DNA of 63,728 nucleotides, counting the filler. It is 8 parts of 8 records of this genome, joined end to end, with 100 filler letters (N's around TTAATTAATTAA, not from the genome) between each part and the next. Parts side by side here need not be neighbours in the genome. Positions count along the whole stretch, not along the records: positions 59,073 to 63,728 come from SRR7504441_11683; 7 more parts are not named here. One strand, written 5' to 3'. The first letter of the stretch is position 1; each line of letters begins with the position of its first letter. A program made the translations under genes and the position numbers. Shown here one piece after another: positions 61,870 to 63,728 of this stretch. The notes below the pieces were generated by a model that worked only from the letters and a program-made list of their open reading frames with translations, did no database searches and was not told the origin of the DNA.

Positions 61870-63684
61870 ATGCGTGCACAGGTGGCGGTGGCGCTGCTCC
61901 CGCTCTGGGCCGGGGCGTGGGACAACGGGCTGGCCCGGACCCCTCCGCGTGGCTTCGCCACCTGGAACATCTGGCCGTTCACCAGCCAGGTCAACCGGAC
62001 TTGCTCACCCCCAACCTGCGACCCGATGGTGTACATTGAGCGCTCGGTCAATCAGAGTCAGTGCGCTGGCTGGGCCCAGGCGCTCGTGGACACCGGGCTG
62101 GCCCGGGAGGGCGGGTTCGAGTATTTCATCGTGCAAGAGCCCTGCTTCGGCCCACGGGACCCGCTCTCGGGGGAGCTGACCCAGGGCGGAGAGTTCGGCG
62201 ACCGGTGGCCGGACGGGATGGGCGGCTTCGGGCGGTTCTTGCACCAGCGCGGAATGCGGCTGGGGATCTACACCGATATCGGGCCGACAACCTGCGGCCG
62301 CTGTGTCGGGTCTTTTGACCACGTCAGGCAGGACATGCTGACGTTTGCCGGTTGGGGTGCCGACCTTGTCGAAGTAGACGCGTGCAACGGGGACGTGGCT
62401 GAGGCCACGTGGGCAGAATACCGGGACGCCATCAACGCCACCGGCCGACCGATGGTGCACTCAGTGTGCGCCGAGGGCATGGCGAAGGTGTGGACTTGGG
62501 GGATGCGCGTGGGCAACTTTTGGCGTGTCAATGGCGATATTCAAAACGGGTGGCTCAATGTGGTGCAGGGACTGGACGGTGCCATGAGCATCCCGCACAT
62601 CGAGAGTTATGCCGGGCCTGGCGGTTGGAATTCCATGGACATGCTGGAGATCGGAGCAAGGCCGGGTAATTATTCGTGGGGCGGGCCCGGACTTACTGAG
62701 GCTGAGGCGAAGGCGCATTTTACGCTCTGGTCCGTGCTTAAGAGCCCGCTGCTGCTCGGAGCTGACCCTCGGCTGATGTCTGAGGGCATTGTTGATATTC
62801 TTAAAAACCCAGAGCTTAAGGCCATACACCAGGATCCGCTGGGGCGGCAGGCCAGGAGGCTAGATAGCAACTTCCCGGGATATCACGCAGCCAACGCCAC
62901 TGCTGCAGTGCTCAGGCCATGCAACCGATCCGACCCTCAGCAACTCTTCGGAAGTTCGTACGGCCAGACTGTAGACATTGTGGCGCCAGGCACCAAACCG
63001 CCGATTCCGAGAGTGAGGAGCGCGGTTGCATCAACCCATTGCCTGTCGGCCTCCGCGTGCCAGCCTGACAGCCCGTCCAGCCCGCTCGTGATTCGGCAGT
63101 GCGATGACTGGACTGGCGACTCGTGCTCCCCATGGGGAGAGGCGTTTGCCGGCCAGATCTTCAGGCCAGTGCCAGGCGCAGATGGCAGCGTGCAGCTTGT
63201 TGCAAACGTGAGCACGAACAACACAGACCGGGCAGCCGCCAAGCTTTGTGTGAGCGTGGGCGCTTCCAACAGCATCCGGCTTGAGCCTTGCGAGGCTGGG
63301 CGAGATACGCAGCGATGGGTCTGGGATATTGACCCTCAGACCTCCGGGGACGCCCACCCCTCGCACCCGGGTACTCTGATTGCATCTGCAGGCAGCAAAG
63401 GCATGTGCCTGTCCACCAACTTTAGCGTCACTGAGATGAACGAGGTATATATCGGCGAGCTGGCCAACGGAGGGTGGGTCGTGGTGATGTTCAATAGGAC
63501 GCCGATGGCGCGCACCTTGACGATCGAGCTTAGTCGGCTGGGCAGCGCCTTGAAGAGCTGGAAATTGCGAGACATTTGGGCCAAGAAAGATACCGGAGAG
63601 CTTCCTAGTACCGACACGCTGAGTCGGCTAGTCGAAGCGCACTCGGTAGTTTTGTTGCGGCTTGACCCCAATACTACCACGTAA
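61870..63684 (+). CDS. Secreted GH27 glycoside hydrolase with an inserted ricin-B-like lectin region
   Basis: WDNGLARTPPRG, RWPDGM, LGIYTDIG, VEVDAC, WRVNGDI, HFTLWSVLKSPLLLG, QDPLG; Cys-rich QxF/QxW repeats; RDIW C-terminal domain; intronless. Confidence 0.9.
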   Translation: MRAQVAVALLPLWAGAWDNGLARTPPRGFATWNIWPFTSQVNRTCSPPTCDPMVYIERSVNQSQCAGWAQALVDTGLAREGGFEYFIVQEPCFGPRDPLSGELTQGGEFGDRWPDGMGGFGRFLHQRGMRLGIYTDIGPTTCGRCVGSFDHVRQDMLTFAGWGADLVEVDACNGDVAEATWAEYRDAINATGRPMVHSVCAEGMAKVWTWGMRVGNFWRVNGDIQNGWLNVVQGLDGAMSIPHIESYAGPGGWNSMDMLEIGARPGNYSWGGPGLTEAEAKAHFTLWSVLKSPLLLGADPRLMSEGIVDILKNPELKAIHQDPLGRQARRLDSNFPGYHAANATAAVLRPCNRSDPQQLFGSSYGQTVDIVAPGTKPPIPRVRSAVASTHCLSASACQPDSPSSPLVIRQCDDWTGDSCSPWGEAFAGQIFRPVPGADGSVQLVANVSTNNTDRAAAKLCVSVGASNSIRLEPCEAGRDTQRWVWDIDPQTSGDAHPSHPGTLIASAGSKGMCLSTNFSVTEMNEVYIGELANGGWVVVMFNRTPMARTLTIELSRLGSALKSWKLRDIWAKKDTGELPSTDTLSRLVEAHSVVLLRLDPNTTT

Positions 63685-63728
63685 CTCACCGCACCCTTTT
63701 CGCACCCTTTTCATGCCTTAATCATGCC

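Overview
Nuclear DNA of a compact, intron-rich microbial eukaryote; the lineage cannot be determined from this sequence. The window is eight unrelated contigs joined by artificial 100-nt N/TTAATTAATTAA spacers, so adjacency across a spacer means nothing. The ORF track is mostly exon fragments and GC-rich shadow frames. Splicing out the many ~35-55 nt introns by hand gives about 37 genes or gene fragments, including NCBP1/CBP80, SNRNP70, AP-4 beta, UBE2D, a JmjC oxygenase, PPR, NADAR, PIP5K, a P3A H+-ATPase, HECT and RING E3s, and GH27 and GH95-like hydrolases. Three genome-architecture features stand out. (1) Genes sit mostly in divergent pairs whose predicted start codons are about 20-155 bp apart. 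(2) Introns are tiny and uniform in length, with degenerate donors and at least 10 GC-AG cases. (3) A palindromic TACNNGTA element recurs in the AT-rich spacers at gene 3' ends. Unusual protein architectures include a coilin-N/La-motif fusion, a ~2,350-aa orphan with ~24 TM segments, a 2,291-aa ankyrin/pseudo-calpain, a lipid-anchor/WW/HECT ligase, a RING-TRAF-Kelch protein and a GH27 with an altered sugar pocket. All gene models and family calls are manual and from memory of motifs; no database search was run. No rRNA, tRNA, CRISPR array or clear transposase was seen.
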